Shown here in pieces: positions 63,029 to 64,000 of a stretch of DNA of 64,000 nt; the stretch's first letter is position 1; each line of letters starts with the position of its first letter. Both the position numbers and the translations under genes were made by a program. The notes under the pieces were generated by a model that was given only the letters and a program-made list of their open reading frames with translations, was not told the origin of the DNA and ran no database searches. This stretch comes from Octopus sinensis (taxonomy: Eukaryota), in the NCBI RefSeq assembly GCF_006345805.1, contig NC_043013.1, positions 28,086,001 through 28,150,000 of the forward strand. Reading direction: 5' to 3'.

Positions 63029-63118
63029 TTAACTCTGATGAGTGTAAAGTTATATAATCGGATTGTTACCTAACAAAACAATGTATTCCTAGCACGAAAC
63101 TGATTGGTAAGATCAGCC
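63029..63118 (+). ncRNA. Degenerate hammerhead-like motif with an enlarged stem II
   Basis: CTGATGA (63035-41), gtgt..gcac stem, GAAA (63096-99); helix I/III geometry imperfect. Confidence 0.3.
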
Positions 63119-63908
63119 AAGATGGACATATAATACTGTACATTTCGGATAATATATATATATATATATATATAGCTTTTTTCAGTTTTTGTTTACCAAA
63201 TCTACTCACAAGGCTTTAGTTGACTCCATGTTATAGTGAAAGACTTTTGCCGAAAGTGCCATGAAGTGGGACTGAACTTGTAACCACAATGACACATTTA
63301 ATGTTTATAAATATTTAATCTCATATCTTTCTACACTTTGGAGTTACTGGTACTTATTTATTACCACTAGTTAACCTAAGTGATTCTTACAAATCAATTT
63401 GAAGACCTACGCAAAAAAAAAAAAAACAAGAAAGATTAATAAACAATAAAAAAAAACCCTCTCATCCAAAGAAGCTATGAATTCTAAAAAAGCTTAACTA
63501 TAATTACTCAAGATAAAGACTTTGATAGAATGCTCTGTGTTTTGAAAACACTGACAACAATGAAGAATTATTACTATCTTAAATAACAAATTTCACACAA
63601 GAAAATAAACACCATTACAACTACTACTACTACTACTACTAGTAAGTGGATCTACATTTAGACCAAGACTAAATAAACCTACAAATGATTGATGATAAGA
63701 ATGATGTTTATAAAATGACTATGACTTTGCAAAAGTAAATAAAGCAAATGGCTAATAAATAAACGAATAAATAAATAATAAAAAGATAAACCATACATGA
63801 AAATCTTCCTAATTGAACAAGATAATTTCTGCTTAAGATAAATTCTCTTCTATTCAATGAACTATTTACATCTCTTACTACTTCACCTCTGATAGTTATA
63901 TCGGTTGC

Positions 63909-63955
<47 letters not shown>

Positions 63956-64000
63956 AGCTATTTAAAATACACTATCTCCAAAAAACCAGTTCTACAGTTT

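Overview
AT-rich, CpG-poor eukaryotic DNA, intronic or intergenic in character, with many microsatellites and retroposons. The SINE families resemble those I associate with Octopus and other coleoid cephalopods; this is recognition, not a database result. No host protein-coding gene, rRNA, true tRNA or CRISPR array can be supported, and almost every ORF in the track is a microsatellite or SINE artefact. Supported content: (1) dozens of tRNA-headed SINEs and related tails, labelled A, B, C and D here; (2) fossil coding fragments of three Dong/R4-type restriction-like-endonuclease LINEs, a Tigger/pogo DDE transposase, an internally deleted RTE element and a Penelope-like element; (3) TTAA-flanked piggyBac-like and hAT-like MITEs; (4) several long foldback hairpins, a 35-bp minisatellite and a 346-bp tandem duplication. 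The strongest leads are an inverted pair of minimal hammerhead-ribozyme motifs in the Penelope-like remnant (7921-7959 +, 8105-8152 -, with weaker motifs at about 10860 and 63035) and a clean 777-bp insertion with Helitron-type ends (29554-30330) that splits an older repeat. Coordinates were counted by hand; repeat boundaries are approximate (+/-10 bp) unless stated exactly.
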